From Squalus acanthias (taxonomy: Eukaryota), in assembly GCA_030390025.1 (NCBI GenBank), contig CM059432.1, positions 96,288,001 through 96,352,000 on the forward strand: a stretch of 64,000 nt of DNA, in the 5' to 3' direction. Position numbers and translations under genes: made by a program. Positions 38,145-50,842 of the stretch are shown here, piece after piece. A model generated the notes under the pieces. The model did no database searches. It had not been told where the DNA came from and was given only the letters and a program-made list of their open reading frames with translations. Position 1 is the first letter of the stretch; each line of letters begins with the position of its first letter.

Positions 38145-40885
38145 GCCCTTGCTGGTGCCACTCAGCCAGCCAGCCAAGACTGTTGCAGCCCATGCCAAGA
38201 TGCTGCAGTCTGTAGCTGGGCCCTTTAGGCCCAGAGCTGCTCAAGGTCATCCTCCAAGGCCATCTGAAGTGTCATCAATGAAAGCTCAGCAGCCTTTTAA
38301 AAAAATTAGTTTATAGGATGTGGGCGTTGCTGGCAAGGCCAGCATTTATTGCCCATCCCTAATTGCCCTTGAGAAGGTTGTGGTGAGTTGCCTTCTTGAA
38401 CCGCTGCAGTCCGTGTGGTGAAGGTACTCCCACAGTGCTGTTAGGGAGGGAGTTCCAGGATTTTGACCCAGCGATGATGAAGGATCATGGTGGGGAACTT
38501 GGAGGTGGTGGTGTTCCCATGCACCTGCTGTCCTTGTCCTTCTAGGTGGAAGACATCACGGGTTTGGGAGGTGCTGCCGAAGAAGCCGTGGCGAGTTGCT
38601 GCAGTGCATCTTGTAGATGGTACACAATGCAGCCACGGTGTGCCGGTGGTGGAGGGAGTGAATGTTTAAGATGGTGGATGGGGTGCCAATCAAGTGGGCT
38701 GCTGTGTCCTGGATGGTGTTGAGCTTCTTGAGTGTTGTTGGAGCTACACTCATCCAGGCAAGTGGAGAGTATTCCATCACACTCCTTACTTGTGCCTTGT
38801 AGATGATGGAAAGGCTTTGGGGAGTCAGGAGGTGAGACACTCGCCGCAGAATACCTAGAAATGGCCTTCAATCTCCCAAGCTGTAACCACTGAGGAAACA
38901 CTCTGTAGGAGCACCAGGATAGGAAAAGGAGCACACAATACAGGCACTAAGGGCCATAAGAGTGATTAGCCATTTTTTTGTCAATGTTGACATCATTTGA
39001 TAAATTTGTCTTTTATTCTGGATTTGGTGTTGGTATTTGTCTTCATAGTGAAGTGAGAGCAAGATCAATAAGTCTGGAGTGAAGGAAAGCAATTGGTGGT
39101 CGTCAGGAGAGTGGTAAGGATTGTAGAATTGTTGGTGAATGGGGAATGGGAGGGCTGATTTAGGTGAAGCACTCCTCGATGAGCTTGTCTCTGAGGGCTC
39201 GGGCAGATAGGAGCTCTGGTGGTTGCTGCCTCTCCTCCTCTTCCTTCTCCTCCTCCTGTACTGGTTGCTGCCCATGTGGTGGTAACGGCTGGTACTGCTG
39301 CCGGGATAGCGGGCACAGACCTGCATGATGCCCTCCGTGTAGTTGTAGACCAGCTATTCGTTGAAGGAGTGGAATCCCTTTCAATTGATAAAGATGCTAG
39401 TCTGGTGATAAGGAGAACGCAAGGCAATGTATGTGCAGTCAATGGAAAACTGCACCCCGGGGAAGCCTGCCATTCATGCAAAACCTAGTGCTCGCACGTG
39501 GAATTGTGTAGAGATCAGGGACAGACAGGATCAAGCTCGCCTGAAGATCCTCCGATGACCAAATAGCCTGCCAACACACACAATGTAGGCTCATACATGA
39601 AGAATAGTCACTTGGATCAGCTAAGAGAGGGGAGCTAGCATCTGTTGGTGTACTTTAGCATGAGTCAGTGTCTGCAGGAGTGAAGGGGAGAAAATTAGAA
39701 GGCAAAACAGAAAAAGAAAGCCTCCTGCTTCACACTCTCCACAGGGATGAAGATGCAAGCATTTCTCTTGGTGTAGAAAGCCTCAGTGACCTCCCTGTCA
39801 ATGTACTGCAATCTGTGGGATGTTGGTAATGTCACCTGCAGCCTGAAAGGAGCCTGTGGCAAAAAGGTTGAGGGCGACGGTGACCCTGACAACCACAGGC
39901 GGTGCTGTCCATCCCCTGGTTTGAGGTGAGTTGTGGCTGCAGGAGGTGATGTAGCTCAGTGACAGCCACCTTGATGAAGTGAAGGCACCTCATACATTTC
40001 TTTTCAGTAAAGCAGATGTAGGAGAGGTGTGCCCTGAATACCCTCTGTGGATATGGCCTCCTGTTCAGTGAGCTCCTCCTCCTCCCTCTTCTGGTAGCTG
40101 CTTTTGTTCTGTTGTGTCTTCGTTGCCCACGTCTTCCAGCCCCAAAGGCAGCCCTATCAGTCCACCCATTTCTGCAGCCAGTCTATTTCTGTGGCAAAGA
40201 GCAACAGCAGTGCAAGACCAGCAAAACCTCTCTGTGCAGAGAAAGTGAACTTTCTAGAGTGATAAAAATACCAAAAAAGCCCAGATGTCACGCAGCAACC
40301 AGAAATGATAAACCTGCAATTAACCTGTAAGTACTGCATGATTCCTTTAAATAGCCCTGGTGAGGGGGCCTTCTTGCTGGTTTGCGCCACATTTTGCTGT
40401 ACGAGGTCAACACGTAGCGAGTGAAGCACTGGGGCAATCAAAAATTGAACACGGCTCCTGCAAGAAGCAGAGGACCCTAATATACATTCATTATTCCTTA
40501 CTTTGAATGTTGCCGGTGTGCGTTCCTGCTGCCAGCCTGCACCTCCTATACCTCCTCTACCTGTATCTGTGCTGCAGGGTCTACAGACCACAGTGGATTT
40601 TTCATATAGGCAGTGCCTGTTGTTCCCTCTCCCTGACATCACAACAGAGATATACCAGCTGTTGGAACCTGACCCATAAAGGAGCAGTAGGATTTCAGTG
40701 GGATGCCCAGGAGTCAATGCTGGAATATCTCCTGCTATAATAATGCAGGAATTACAGTATCAATGCAAGGTAGTTAAATTCACAGAGGATACCAAGCTAT
40801 GGGAGATTGTAGATTTAGGGGAAGTTAAGATAGGGTCGTTTCTATAATGAACGGCCAATCCGCATCACCAGTTTTACACTCAGGC
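38145..40885. mobile_element. Old Harbinger remnant (Myb 3' end, transposase fragments, right end), interrupted by LINE and SINE pieces
   Basis: Similar to copies 1-3 at 38145-38300, 38865-39490 and 39715-40140 (ARYPGSS, acidic tail, RRPYP-like). TIR-like GAAAATCCACCCC near 40885. Confidence 0.6.
38305..38858 (-). mobile_element. 3' fragment of a CR1-group/Jockey-like LINE (same family as 53893-54517)
   Basis: IYKAQVRSVMEYSPLAW...LNIHSLHHR RT C-terminal motif. Confidence 0.8.
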
Positions 40886-41147
40886 GGCAAATTGAAAATC
40901 CACCCCAATATCCTTTAACTAGTAGATGAAATGCAAAAATTTCCCACTATACATCGTTTCAAATGACTCAATCGTACAGCCAAACTTTGTATTTGTATTG
41001 CTTACAAGATCACAATGAAAGGTTCCACAGCTATAGACCAAATATGTGCATATATGTTAACTGATACATTATTGAGCAATTTTACATGACCAGAGAAGTT
41101 GTTCAATATTAGATATAAGTCGGTATTATCTATAGTTGAAGACCAAA

Positions 41148-41580
41148 CACGGTGGCATAGTGGTTAGCACTGGTGCCTCACAGCGCCAGAGACCTGGGTT
41201 CGAATCTGACCTCGGGTGACTGTCTGTGTGGAGTTTGCACATTCTCCCCGTGTCTGCGTGGGTTTCCTCCGGGTGCTCCGGTTTCCTCCCACAGTCCAAA
41301 AATGTGTGGGTTAGGTTGATTTGGCTATGATAAATTGACCCTTAGTGTTAGGGGGGATTAAGTATGTGGGGTTATGGGGATAGGATGGGATATGTTAGGG
41401 GGAATTAAATACGTGGGGTTACGGGGGTAGGGTGGGATATGTGTACTGTGGGGATTAAAGCAGGGACAGGGTACTGGATTTGGATGATCAGCCATGATCG
41501 TATTGAATGGCGGAGCAGGCTCGACGGGCCGAATGGCCTACTCCTGCTCCTAGATTCTATGTTTCTATGTTTCTATGTTT
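41148..41580 (+). mobile_element. HE1-like V-SINE
   Basis: tRNA-like A box TGGCATAGTGG and B box GGTTCGAATC. V-domain CTGTGTGGAGTTTGCAC...GGTTTCCTCCCACAGTCCAAA. CR1/HER1 tail nearly identical to 7367-7450. Confidence 0.92.
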
Positions 41581-42471
41581 AAAACAGCTCGAAAAAACTA
41601 TTAGCAATTGAGATGGAGGGAGGGGAACAGCCATTTTGGTCTTAATTTTGCTTCTCAGTCAATATTTATGGTGGTAATTGAAGATGTCTGTTAGGACAAT
41701 GGTATAGTTAGGTCTGGATGATAAAGCTCTGTTGATGATATTTTACAAGTAGGTGAACAATTTCATAATCAGCAGAAGCTAAATTGTAGCAAAGGACCTT
41801 TTTCTCTTTGACAAATAATTCTGTTCAAAAAATGACCCTGCTTCATTCTAAATCTAACTGCAGACAGTAGCCAACCCATGCTTAAAATATAGGCAACACC
41901 ACGACCCTCTCCATCATAGTCTTAATAGAGTTCATAGTCAGGGGTGAGTATGGCATTTTTGGCTATCTGCTCCAATAAGAATATTGCAAAGCTAGCTTGT
42001 ATGTTCAAATAAGTTAGCTAGGTCCTTAGAGATTCTGCTCTTATTTGAATAGTTTCATTCAATCTTTTATGTCAACCTGAACAGGTAGATGGGCCCTTGG
42101 TTTAAAGTCCAAGGGGGAGAAATTCATTATAGCCCAGGAGTGGGCGCTAACTTTGGAAAAGTTTGAGATTTAGTGCCAGGTGCTAATGAATCTCGCTGCA
42201 CGCAAAATTTAGTGTCATCGCTCAAAGAATGGATTGGAGCGCTAAATCAAGCGCTAACGGCCTAACTCAGTGGCGTTGGACTCAAAATGCTAAACAATTT
42301 CAGGTGCAGTCTAATCACTAGTCATCATTGTCACAGGCTTTTTCCAGTTCTTAAAGGGGAGGCTCAATCATGCTGCAGAACCTCATTCTCAGCGTTGCTG
42401 GTTCTGCAGCTGTCTCAGCAAGCAGCAGAAGGCCAAGGAGAAGGAACTGGACCACTGAAGGAGGTGTCATT

Positions 42472-44378
42472 ATGGCAGATCAATGGCCCAGGGAGAGAGC
42501 CCGCAGATTCTGCCACCAAGCATTGGAGGCCTTGGTCTTCGCTGTGGAAAGACGGAGGGCGCTGCTGTACCCAGCAACTGGCAGGAGGCCCTCGCCGCAA
42601 GTCATCCGCACCATGTGGAGGGAGGTAGCCCAGCAGGTCTCGGGCAGCACTGTGGTCCCCAGGACCCCCACACAGTGCAGGGAGAAATTTAACAACCTCA
42701 CTCGGGTGGTCAGGGTGAGTCAAAGCTTCAACAAATGCTACATACCACCATCTGAACCACAGTCTGCACAAACTGCCCAAAGCACCACACCCTCAGCACT
42801 CACCCACCAACAATCTCCACCTACCAACACTCACACCCACATCTCACACCTTGCACACAATGAGAGCTATTCAACTATGGCAGGCATGTCACCCAAACAC
42901 ATTGCTCCACACTCACTCACACACTTTCCTTTCTCTTGCAGGCCAATGTTGCTCACAACAGGACGGAGCAGGAGCGCACAGGCGGGGGACAACCTGACAC
43001 CCAATCACTTTCTGAGCTGGAGGAAAGAGAGCTGCAAATCATTGGGTGCCAGGTGGTGGGCGCTGTGGCCACCGGCGACATTGACCCCCTTGGGGACAAC
43101 AACGGTATGTTCATCCCTACTCCTTCTTCTCACATCCCACTTCCCCCTCACCCCACAAGCCTTTCCCACTTTCCAGCTAATCATGCTATATGCATGTCTT
43201 TCTCTCTTTCTGCCCCCCTCCCCTCACCTTAACCCAACTCTTGTGCCTTTATGCCTTCAGATAATGAGCAAGCAGCTGAACAGCCTGTCCGTGAGGGCAC
43301 CGTAGAGAGCGAGGCGGGAGAAGAGGAGGACGAAGAACACACCGCGTCACTGCATGTCTCACCCACAGACACCAGCTCAGATACTGGCACTAGGCGTTCT
43401 TTAGAGACTGGTATAGTAGCGGGATCTGCACAGGGTGATGCACTGGGGACGAGTGGGCTGCAGCAAGGCCAGGGGGAAAGGGTAGCTCGGGAGCCAGCTT
43501 CCCGGAGGGCGAGTTCGCGCGCGGGTTCTGGTGCACAGAACTCAGATGAGGACCTCGATGGGGAGGCCATTAGAAGAAGGGTGATGGGCATGTAAACGGA
43601 GATGAAAGGTGCAATGGCAAGGGTGCCCGAGAGCCTCTCAGCAATGGTAAGGAGCGTGGAGGAGTCCGCCTCCAACATTGCACAGAGCTCTGCGCACACC
43701 ATGGAGCCCATCATTTGCAGTCTGAAAGGGATGGTGGTCTCCCAGAGAGACCGTGGCAACCCAGACCTCATGCCGCATGTGATGGCCGATGTCGCAGCTT
43801 CCATTGGAGCACAGACAGAAGCCACGCAACGTCTTAGTGCTGTAATGCAGTCTATGCTTGGTGCCATCGATTCTCAGACTGCTCTCCTGTAGTTTCAGCT
43901 TGATGCCAAGCAAGCTCTGACTGCTGCCATCGTGGCTGTGTCGACCACTGTCCACCGGAGCTTTCATGGTGTCGCAGCAGGCCAGCAATCTGTGCTCCAG
44001 CAGATTGGTAGTGATGCTGAGGTGCTGCCCCAAGGAAATGGCAGTGGGTCAGTGGAGCAAGAAGCTGCTGTCCTCGCTCATGATGACAGCATTCCTGCTC
44101 CCACCACTGGCACTCCGCCATTGTCCTTGTCGCTGCCCGTCATCCAGCCAGCCCAGACTGCTGCCGCCCATGCTGAAGTGATGCAGTCTACAGCTGGGCC
44201 TTCCAGGCCCAGAGCTGGTCGAGGGCATCTTGCAAGGCCATCTGAAGTCTCCCGCACGGACACTTAGCAGCCTTCCACCCGCCCTGCTGCAGCCACTGGG
44301 CCAACACTTCATAGGAGCACTAGAGTAGGCAAAGGCACAGTAACGACAGGCACTAAGAGATTTCACAAGGGTGAATAG
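42472..44378 (+). pseudogene. Harbinger Myb/SANT gene, copy 3 (splice sites intact, stops in exon 3)
   Basis: MADQWPRERARRFCHQALEALV...QCREKFNNL. Splice sites AGG|GTGAGT, TTGCAG|GCC, ACG|GTATGT and TTCAG|AT. In-frame TAA near 43593. Confidence 0.85.
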
Positions 44379-44543
44379 GTAATATTGTTGGTGTAAATAT
44401 GTGTTCGCTGATTATTGATAAATTTATTAATTGGCTTTGGATGATTTTGTGGTGTCTCTCATTTTAGCTTTGCGCTGTGATATGGCCTGAGACAGGGATG
44501 GAATGATAGGGATGTGGTGAGCAATGGGGATCTGGGGTTTAAT

Positions 44544-45273
44544 TTATTGAAACCGCAGTCCGATGAGGCGGTCATGGACCGGCCCTTCCAGAAGGCCGCT
44601 TGAGTGGCTGCCTCCTCCTTCGCTCCTGTTCCTCCTCCTCCTCATCTTCCTCTTACTCCTTGTCCTCGTCCTTGTACTCCTCCTCCTCTCCCTCTTTCTC
44701 CACCTGAGGTGGTCCCAAAATCCCTGGTGGCAAGGCTGGGCCCTCATGATGGCCAAGTTGTGAAGCATGCTGCAGACCATGACGAAATGGGACACCTGTT
44801 CAGCCGAGTACTGGAGGGCTCCTCCCGAGCTGTCAAGGTAGCGGAACCATTGGTTGAGCACCCCGATGGTCTGCTCGATGATGTTCCTGGTGGCAGCATG
44901 GCTCTCATTATATGAGTGCTGAGCATAGTGTTGGAGTTGTGGAGGGGAGTCATGAGCCAGGTGGCCAGCGGATAGCCCTTGTCTCCGACCAGCCAGCCGT
45001 GAGCTTGATGTGGTGGCTGCAAGAGTGCTGGCTCACCGGTCTGGCACAGGATGAAGGCATCGTGGCTGCTGCCAGGATAGCGGGCATTCATATTGAGGAT
45101 TCGCTATCTGTGGTCGCACACCAACTGCACATTAAGTGAGTGGTAGCCTTGATTGAGAGCCCTGATGGCCCTCCTCCTCCCTCTGGCCACATCTTGCAAT
45201 CTTTCTCGCTGCCTCCGCTCCCTTGCAGTAGATCATGGAGGGCGAGGTCGACTGCCAGTACAGCCCCCATTAA
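44544..45273 (-). pseudogene. Harbinger transposase, copy 3, with about 0.45 kb deleted at about 45151
   Basis: NARYPGSSHDAFIL...GDKGYPL is present. The GAIDCTH region is missing relative to copy 1. Confidence 0.85.
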
Positions 45274-45874
45274 TATTACGATGTGTAGCACTTTCAAATT
45301 TTGTCAGAATAAATGTAACAAATTTTTAGTAGCCACAACATTCCTGATACTAAAGAACCTTTAAATGACTGAATTAAACTCGTGCACAATCACAAACTGA
45401 CAAGGAAGCAGTGACACAGCACTAACCTGACAGCTGTGACTCATCCCTTTAAATATCACCCCTGGAGCCACCATACGCCTGCTTCATGCCTCCTCTTCCT
45501 GTCATTGTCAGGGTGAGGCTCGAAGGCAGGGGGCTATAATCAATTTGGCAGATCGGGCGCTCAGTGAGCGTTGCACACTCACTGATGTCACAATCTGCCT
45601 GGCACTAAAGCCCCAAGTGCTAACTGTTAGTGGCGGTGCTAAGGGGTGACTGGAGTTGATGTGTGGAGCTGGATTCGCCTCATTAGCGCCCCTTTACTGC
45701 CCCCGCCAGGCGCTAACAGGAGGCGCTAAGCAACTGAATTTCTCCCCCCAAAAGTCTGAATGCAGCAATGTGTCAGAGGGGAGGGAATGTTTAATATAAA
45801 GGTATTATTAGGCATAAAATGTTTCTTTTCCAATGTCTCCTAACATTTCCAGTGTTTCTAAAGTATGAAGTCTT

Positions 45875-46160
45875 GCTAGTGGGATCACTCACCTCTGAGT
45901 CAGAAGATTGTGAGTTCAAGACCAATGCTAGGGTGGAGCATATAATCTAGGCTCACACCGAGAGAGTGTTGCATCATCAGTGCTGTCTTTTGGATAAATT
46001 TTAAACCGAGGACCTGTCTGCCTGTTCAGGTGGATGTAAAAGATACCACAGCACTATTCAAAAAAGATATGGGAGTTATCTTGTAGGCCTGATCAACATT
46101 CATTAATTCATTAGCTGTTTTGTGATATCCTGGCTACATGAAAGGTACTATATAAATTTT
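45875..46160 (+). mobile_element. Degenerate DeuSINE (SacSINE1-like)
   Basis: tRNA-like head, Deu core TAAACCGAGG...TCAGGTGGATGTAAAAGAT...GCACTATT, and an L2-like tail GAAAGGTACTATATAAAT. Confidence 0.7.
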
Positions 46161-46992
46161 AGGTTCTCTTTTCTCCCACACCACCCTAATGCTTCCAGTA
46201 GCAGAAAAAGTCAGACGGGTTGAACTGTGAACTGTTCCAAGGTTACTGTTTATGTTGTTCCATTATTGTGTAACAGGTTGTATTCGGGACTAGTCCTGCT
46301 AAATATTATTTTCCACCACTCAAGGTAGAATACTCCATTGCTGTGGCTTTCCCCCACACTGAACTAGTTGAAAATGGATTAAGCTTCCGTGGTGAGACCA
46401 GTGAGAACTAGATTGGGTTCAAGTTTTGGGAATTTTTCCACATATTACTGGTTTACAACCAGGCAACAATGTATATATTCCTGAGTTAACATTAAATTGG
46501 GCAAGGTGTAAAATGAACTGCTGAATCGCTATCGCCCATTTTTCGCCGGTGTTAAAAGTTGAAATTATCTTCAAAATGATTTTACTACAATATTCGTAAC
46601 AAATTGATTCATCACCATGACGACTAATTTATTAAGTTCTCAATAGAATTTTAAATAAGAAGAATTCCCTGGAAATGGTTTGGAAATGTAGTTATTGGAG
46701 AATTAGTTTAATTTTTCAAAGTTCATTGATTAGATTTTCCACTTCTGTTGGCATTTTAGGAATATTACTGCTGGCAATAACAATTTTCTTTTGAATATGA
46801 TGTTAATTATAGCAGTGAGTGTATGTTATTCAGTATTGGTCCTTGATGATTTACAACCTAATTTCCAAGCAGCCTCACCTCCACTCTCTAATACTCACTG
46901 CTGGATTTTCACTTCTCTCAACTGGTGAAAACATAGCTAGAATTATCTATACAGGTGAAAGCACTGATTAACCTAAATAAGTCACTTGTTTT

Positions 46993-47156
46993 GGGCTAGA
47001 ATTTGGAAACCTAGTGAAATTTACGGCTTGGCAACTTACTGTCACATCAGTGATGGAGAATTCTGCAAAATCACAGCATTGATAAGTTTGAAACATTTAT
47101 CACTGAATCACTGCCAAGAAACACCTCTACCACCCGCCAAGTGGAAAATTCAGCCC
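46993..47156. mobile_element. Short old Harbinger-type MITE
   Basis: Ends GGGCTAGAATTT and AAAATTCAGCCC. No TSD match. Confidence 0.45.
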
Positions 47157-48477
47157 CATATGTTTCTCATTGTTTATTGAGGAGCATTGCCTGAAAACGA
47201 AGCTGATGTCTCATGTTAACAATATAATGTTCTCTGTGTCCCGTTGTTATCATATTTTCATGACTCTCTGTTTAGCATCTGTTGCACAGGCCATGTATTT
47301 TTCACTAGTAGTAACAAGAATAATAGGTCCTGTCATCATTTGTTTTATCTTAACTTCTTTAAGACATTCCTTGTTATTAATCTTTTATTAGCCTCACGTT
47401 TACATCAGTTCTTTCTTTAGTAGGTTATATGATCTGTAAGATGATCTTTCCAAGTTGTGCTCTCCTTTGTTTTACCTCCTATCTAGTCCTGATTATAATC
47501 CAAGCTTTAACTGAGTGTTGCTTCATGTTTGCATCAATCTTGACATATATTTATCATTAAAACATTTTGTTCATTGTAAAGTTGAATATAATAAATTTAC
47601 CTAAAAAGGTCTCAGGCATGGGAAGCATTACTATCTTCCAAACTAATTTTTTGGCATTAGTGTAAAATATGCAAAATTACTTCTCATAATATAACAGTAT
47701 ACCATCAGCCTTTTCCAGCCTGCATTTTATAGTTTTCTAATAATTTTCTAAGCACAAGTTCATCCACAGGAATACTAAATCACTGTTGTAATGTAAAACT
47801 GGGAGAAGCTTCAATTGAGAGAGTAAAAGTACCAGAGACACAAACTGAATGTTTATACCATGCTTGTTTAAAGTTTCCTTTGTTGGTCTCCCTAGGAAAG
47901 AGGACAGAGAGATGAACTAACTCGAAACTTCTGGCAAGGTCATTCTATAAACAGGTGTGTAAAAGTGTCCTGGGAAGATGGTGAAGGGGAGAGGGATTCA
48001 TTTTCTTTACCTCCTTGTGTGAGAAGTATTAGGCCTCCACTTGTCACCACCCTACAATAGAACATGTGAGACTCGATTTAAACTCCGGACGGGAATCGTG
48101 CAGGCGGGGTGGGGTTGGGTGGGCAACAAAGCCCCCGACATTGTTGGTATGAGGCCCAGGCCACTTTAGCTACCTGGCCTCATTAACATTTGAAGGGTGG
48201 GATGGTGGGATGCCCTCCCAGTCGCCTGCAGAATCGGGCACCCCGCCCACGTGACCCGCACAATTTCCAGAGGTTCCCTGACTGTACTTAAAGCGGGATT
48301 ACATCTGCTATTTTTCAGTGAACAACTGCAGAGATGAGTCGAAAGGCTGTACCCCACTTTCCTGATTAATCTTGAGGCCCTAATAGTGAAAGTGAGGGCC
48401 AGGAGGGAGGTACGATTCCACAGCACCCGCAGGAACAACTCCATTCAGGAACACAGAAGAGACTTTTATTCCAATAA

Positions 48478-49810
48478 CAATAGAAAGTGCTGGAAACACA
48501 CAGCGTGAGGCAGCATCGACGAGAGGTAGCCTCAATGTAAGCTCGAGGAACAGCACCTCATCTTTCTATTAGGCACTTTATAGCCTTCTGGACTTAAAAT
48601 CGAGTTCAACAATTTCAGACTATAAATTGGCCCCTGTAGTTCTTTTTTTGTCTCTTGTTTCCTCACATGGTGGCTGTTAATGTTGCTGCCGTCATCATCC
48701 ACACATTGTCTAGAGCCATCTTTTGTTTCTTAACTTGTCCCATTACCTTTTGCCTTACACTATCACCCCTTTTGTCATTCAATCTCTCCTGCCTTCCATC
48801 CCATCACAGACCTTCCCTTTGTTTTTCCTCCCCTCCTCCCTGCCCCTGCTTAAAAATCTCTCCTCCCTAACCTTTTCCAGTTCTGACAAAGGGTTCGACC
48901 TGAAACGTTGGGCTGGATTTTGCCAATGGGGAGCTTTTGGAGGCGGGACTCCCACTTGTCGGGTTTCAGTCCCGCCTCCATCAACTTCTGGCCAACCCAT
49001 GCTATTTTCCCTTGATTGACCTTGTTAAGCCCACCCAGCGGGTTTAGCAGGCCAATTAAGGGAAAGCCGATTACAGAGAACGTCAACGTATGACGTTTCA
49101 TCTGTCAAAAATTTTTGACAGATGAATTGTCATCGTTTGACAGCTCTGTGAAACTGTCAAACACTGACATTCTCTGTAGTTTGATGAGTTCTTGAATTCA
49201 AGACTCATCAAACCTCTTTATTTAGCAGAAATTAAATGGTTGCTGCATTGGAGAATGCAGCGGCCATCTGTCATCTCTGCCGCGGAGGTGCGAGACTCTC
49301 CGCATACCCAACTCTTGAAGCCTGCAGGAAGAAACAAAGGTAAGTAAACTTTTTCTAACACTTTCCATTTACCTCACATACTCACCTCTCCACACTTGCA
49401 CCCATCACGCACCTTCACAGCGCACTTTTGCACCCCTCCGACCCCCGCAGACCCACTGCTCGCCTCGGTGACCCTGGCAGAGTTCGGAGCCTTTGGAAAG
49501 CCCGCACTTGTGTGGGCAAATTGGAGATAATCCTCTTATCTGCCTGTTAACTACCTGTTAGTAGGCAGATAAGTGGCACTAATCCCCTTCCCGCCTCCAA
49601 GGAGACTGGACCCGGCGCCAGTTGGCTACCAGCCTCCTGGCAAGATTGGCATTTTCCCGGCAGTCCCGCCTCCATACCCGCCTCCCCAGGGCTGGCAAGA
49701 TCACGCCTGTTGACTCTGTTTCTCCCCTCCTCGATGCTGCCTGACCTGCCGAGTGTTTCCAGCACTTTCTGTTGTTATTTCAGATTTCCAGCATCTGCAG
49801 TATTTTGCTA
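48478..49810 (+). mobile_element. Penelope-like element 3' fragment with a short 5' inversion, split by a MITE
   Basis: 14-bp TSD TTTTATTCCAATAA (48464-48477 and 49811-49824). Encodes KLEEQHLIFLLGTL..SGLKIEFNNF (GIY-YIG C-terminus) followed by the pLTR. Confidence 0.88.
48910..49708. mobile_element. Harbinger MITE inserted in a hammerhead motif
   Basis: TIRs GGGCTGGATTTTGCCA / AGGCGTGATCTTGCCA. TSD GTT (48907-48909 and 49709-49711). Confidence 0.85.
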
Positions 49811-49949
49811 TTTTATTCCAATAAGTCTGACTTGGAATTGACCTAGCTCCCATGACACTGAGCTAAACCCAGTTCGCAATATATTAGTGACATTTTAAAA
49901 CACCTATCTGTGAGTGACTTTCATCCAGCTAGCAAGACAAAAAACCTAA

Positions 49950-50680
49950 AAGAAAAGCAAAATACTATGGATGTTGGAAAACAGAAAATGCTGGAAATAC
50001 TCAGCAGGTCAGGCAGCAACTGTGAAGAGAGAAACAGAGTGAACGGGCTGAATTTTAACACGCAAAAATGGATGGGTTGGGTACGGGTCAGATGTTAACA
50101 TTTTTAAAATCTGAAACCCGACCCCAACCTGCCCACTTCCGGGTTTTACTGAGGCAGGACAAGGGGCGGGCAGACCTTGGGAAACCTGACAGCTGAAGTG
50201 AGGTGAGGACAGCTTCGGGGAGAAGGTAAGTGCCTTTACAGCACTGCTTGTGAGCCAGGAGGAGCAGGAGTGCTTCCCCCCGGCCTCCAAAGCTGCCACC
50301 ATAAACCCCCCTCCATACAAAGACCCCGGGGTCGGGGATCGGAGCCCCCCTCCCCCACTGGGATCGGACCACCCCCCTGGGATTGGACACCCCCCCCATC
50401 CCGGGGTCGGGAATCAGAACCTTCCCCGGGTCATGGACCAGACATACCAGGTCCTGCGGCCTGCTCCAGAGTCCTCCCCGCCCGATTGGAAGCCGAACCT
50501 GTCAATCAGGCTGACTTCCGGGCGGGGAACCTGTCTGGGCCAAAAGACGCACGCTGTGGAGTTAAAGCTGGGCAAAACTGGACTTCCAGGTTTCCCATTC
50601 GAAACTCCGCCCCCGCCTACGTAACTCGCCCCTGTTCATCTCCAGGCCAACGTTTCAGATCGATGACCTATTATCAGAAC
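49950..50680 (-). mobile_element. Penelope-like pLTR fragment split by a MITE
   Basis: Matches 10135-10268. AGAGTGAAC|...|AACGTTTCAG rejoins across the insertion. Confidence 0.85.
50045..50648. mobile_element. Harbinger MITE (different family) inserted in a hammerhead motif
   Basis: Ends GGGCTGAATTTTAACA / GGCCTGGAGATGAACA. TSD AAC (50042-50044 and 50649-50651). Confidence 0.8.
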
Positions 50681-50842
50681 AGATTCAGGTGAATTTGCTT
50701 TTGATATGTAACTGTCATTATCACCGAGATACACCAAATCATCTTTTGGTTGGTTTTCCAGCTAGCCTATTTCGGATTTAATGATATCAAGAAGATCCAG
50801 TTTTGAAATGTACACTCCAGTTTGAATTACTCCTGATCATTA

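Larger units (their letters stand above)
42113..45748. mobile_element. PIF/Harbinger copy 3, with an internal transposase deletion
   Basis: TIRs GGGGGAGAAATTCA at both ends and a perfect CAA TSD (42110-42112 and 45749-45751). Confidence 0.93.

Noticed and set aside
41148..41215. tRNA gene (also the SINE heads near 45880 and 51560)
   Set aside because: These are tRNA-derived SINE heads that run directly into SINE body and tail.
48879..48909. Active hammerheads in the two MITE-interrupted pLTRs (also 50649-50680)
   Set aside because: The cores are mutated (CTGACAA; CTGATAA) and the stem I partner is displaced, so they are listed only as disrupted.
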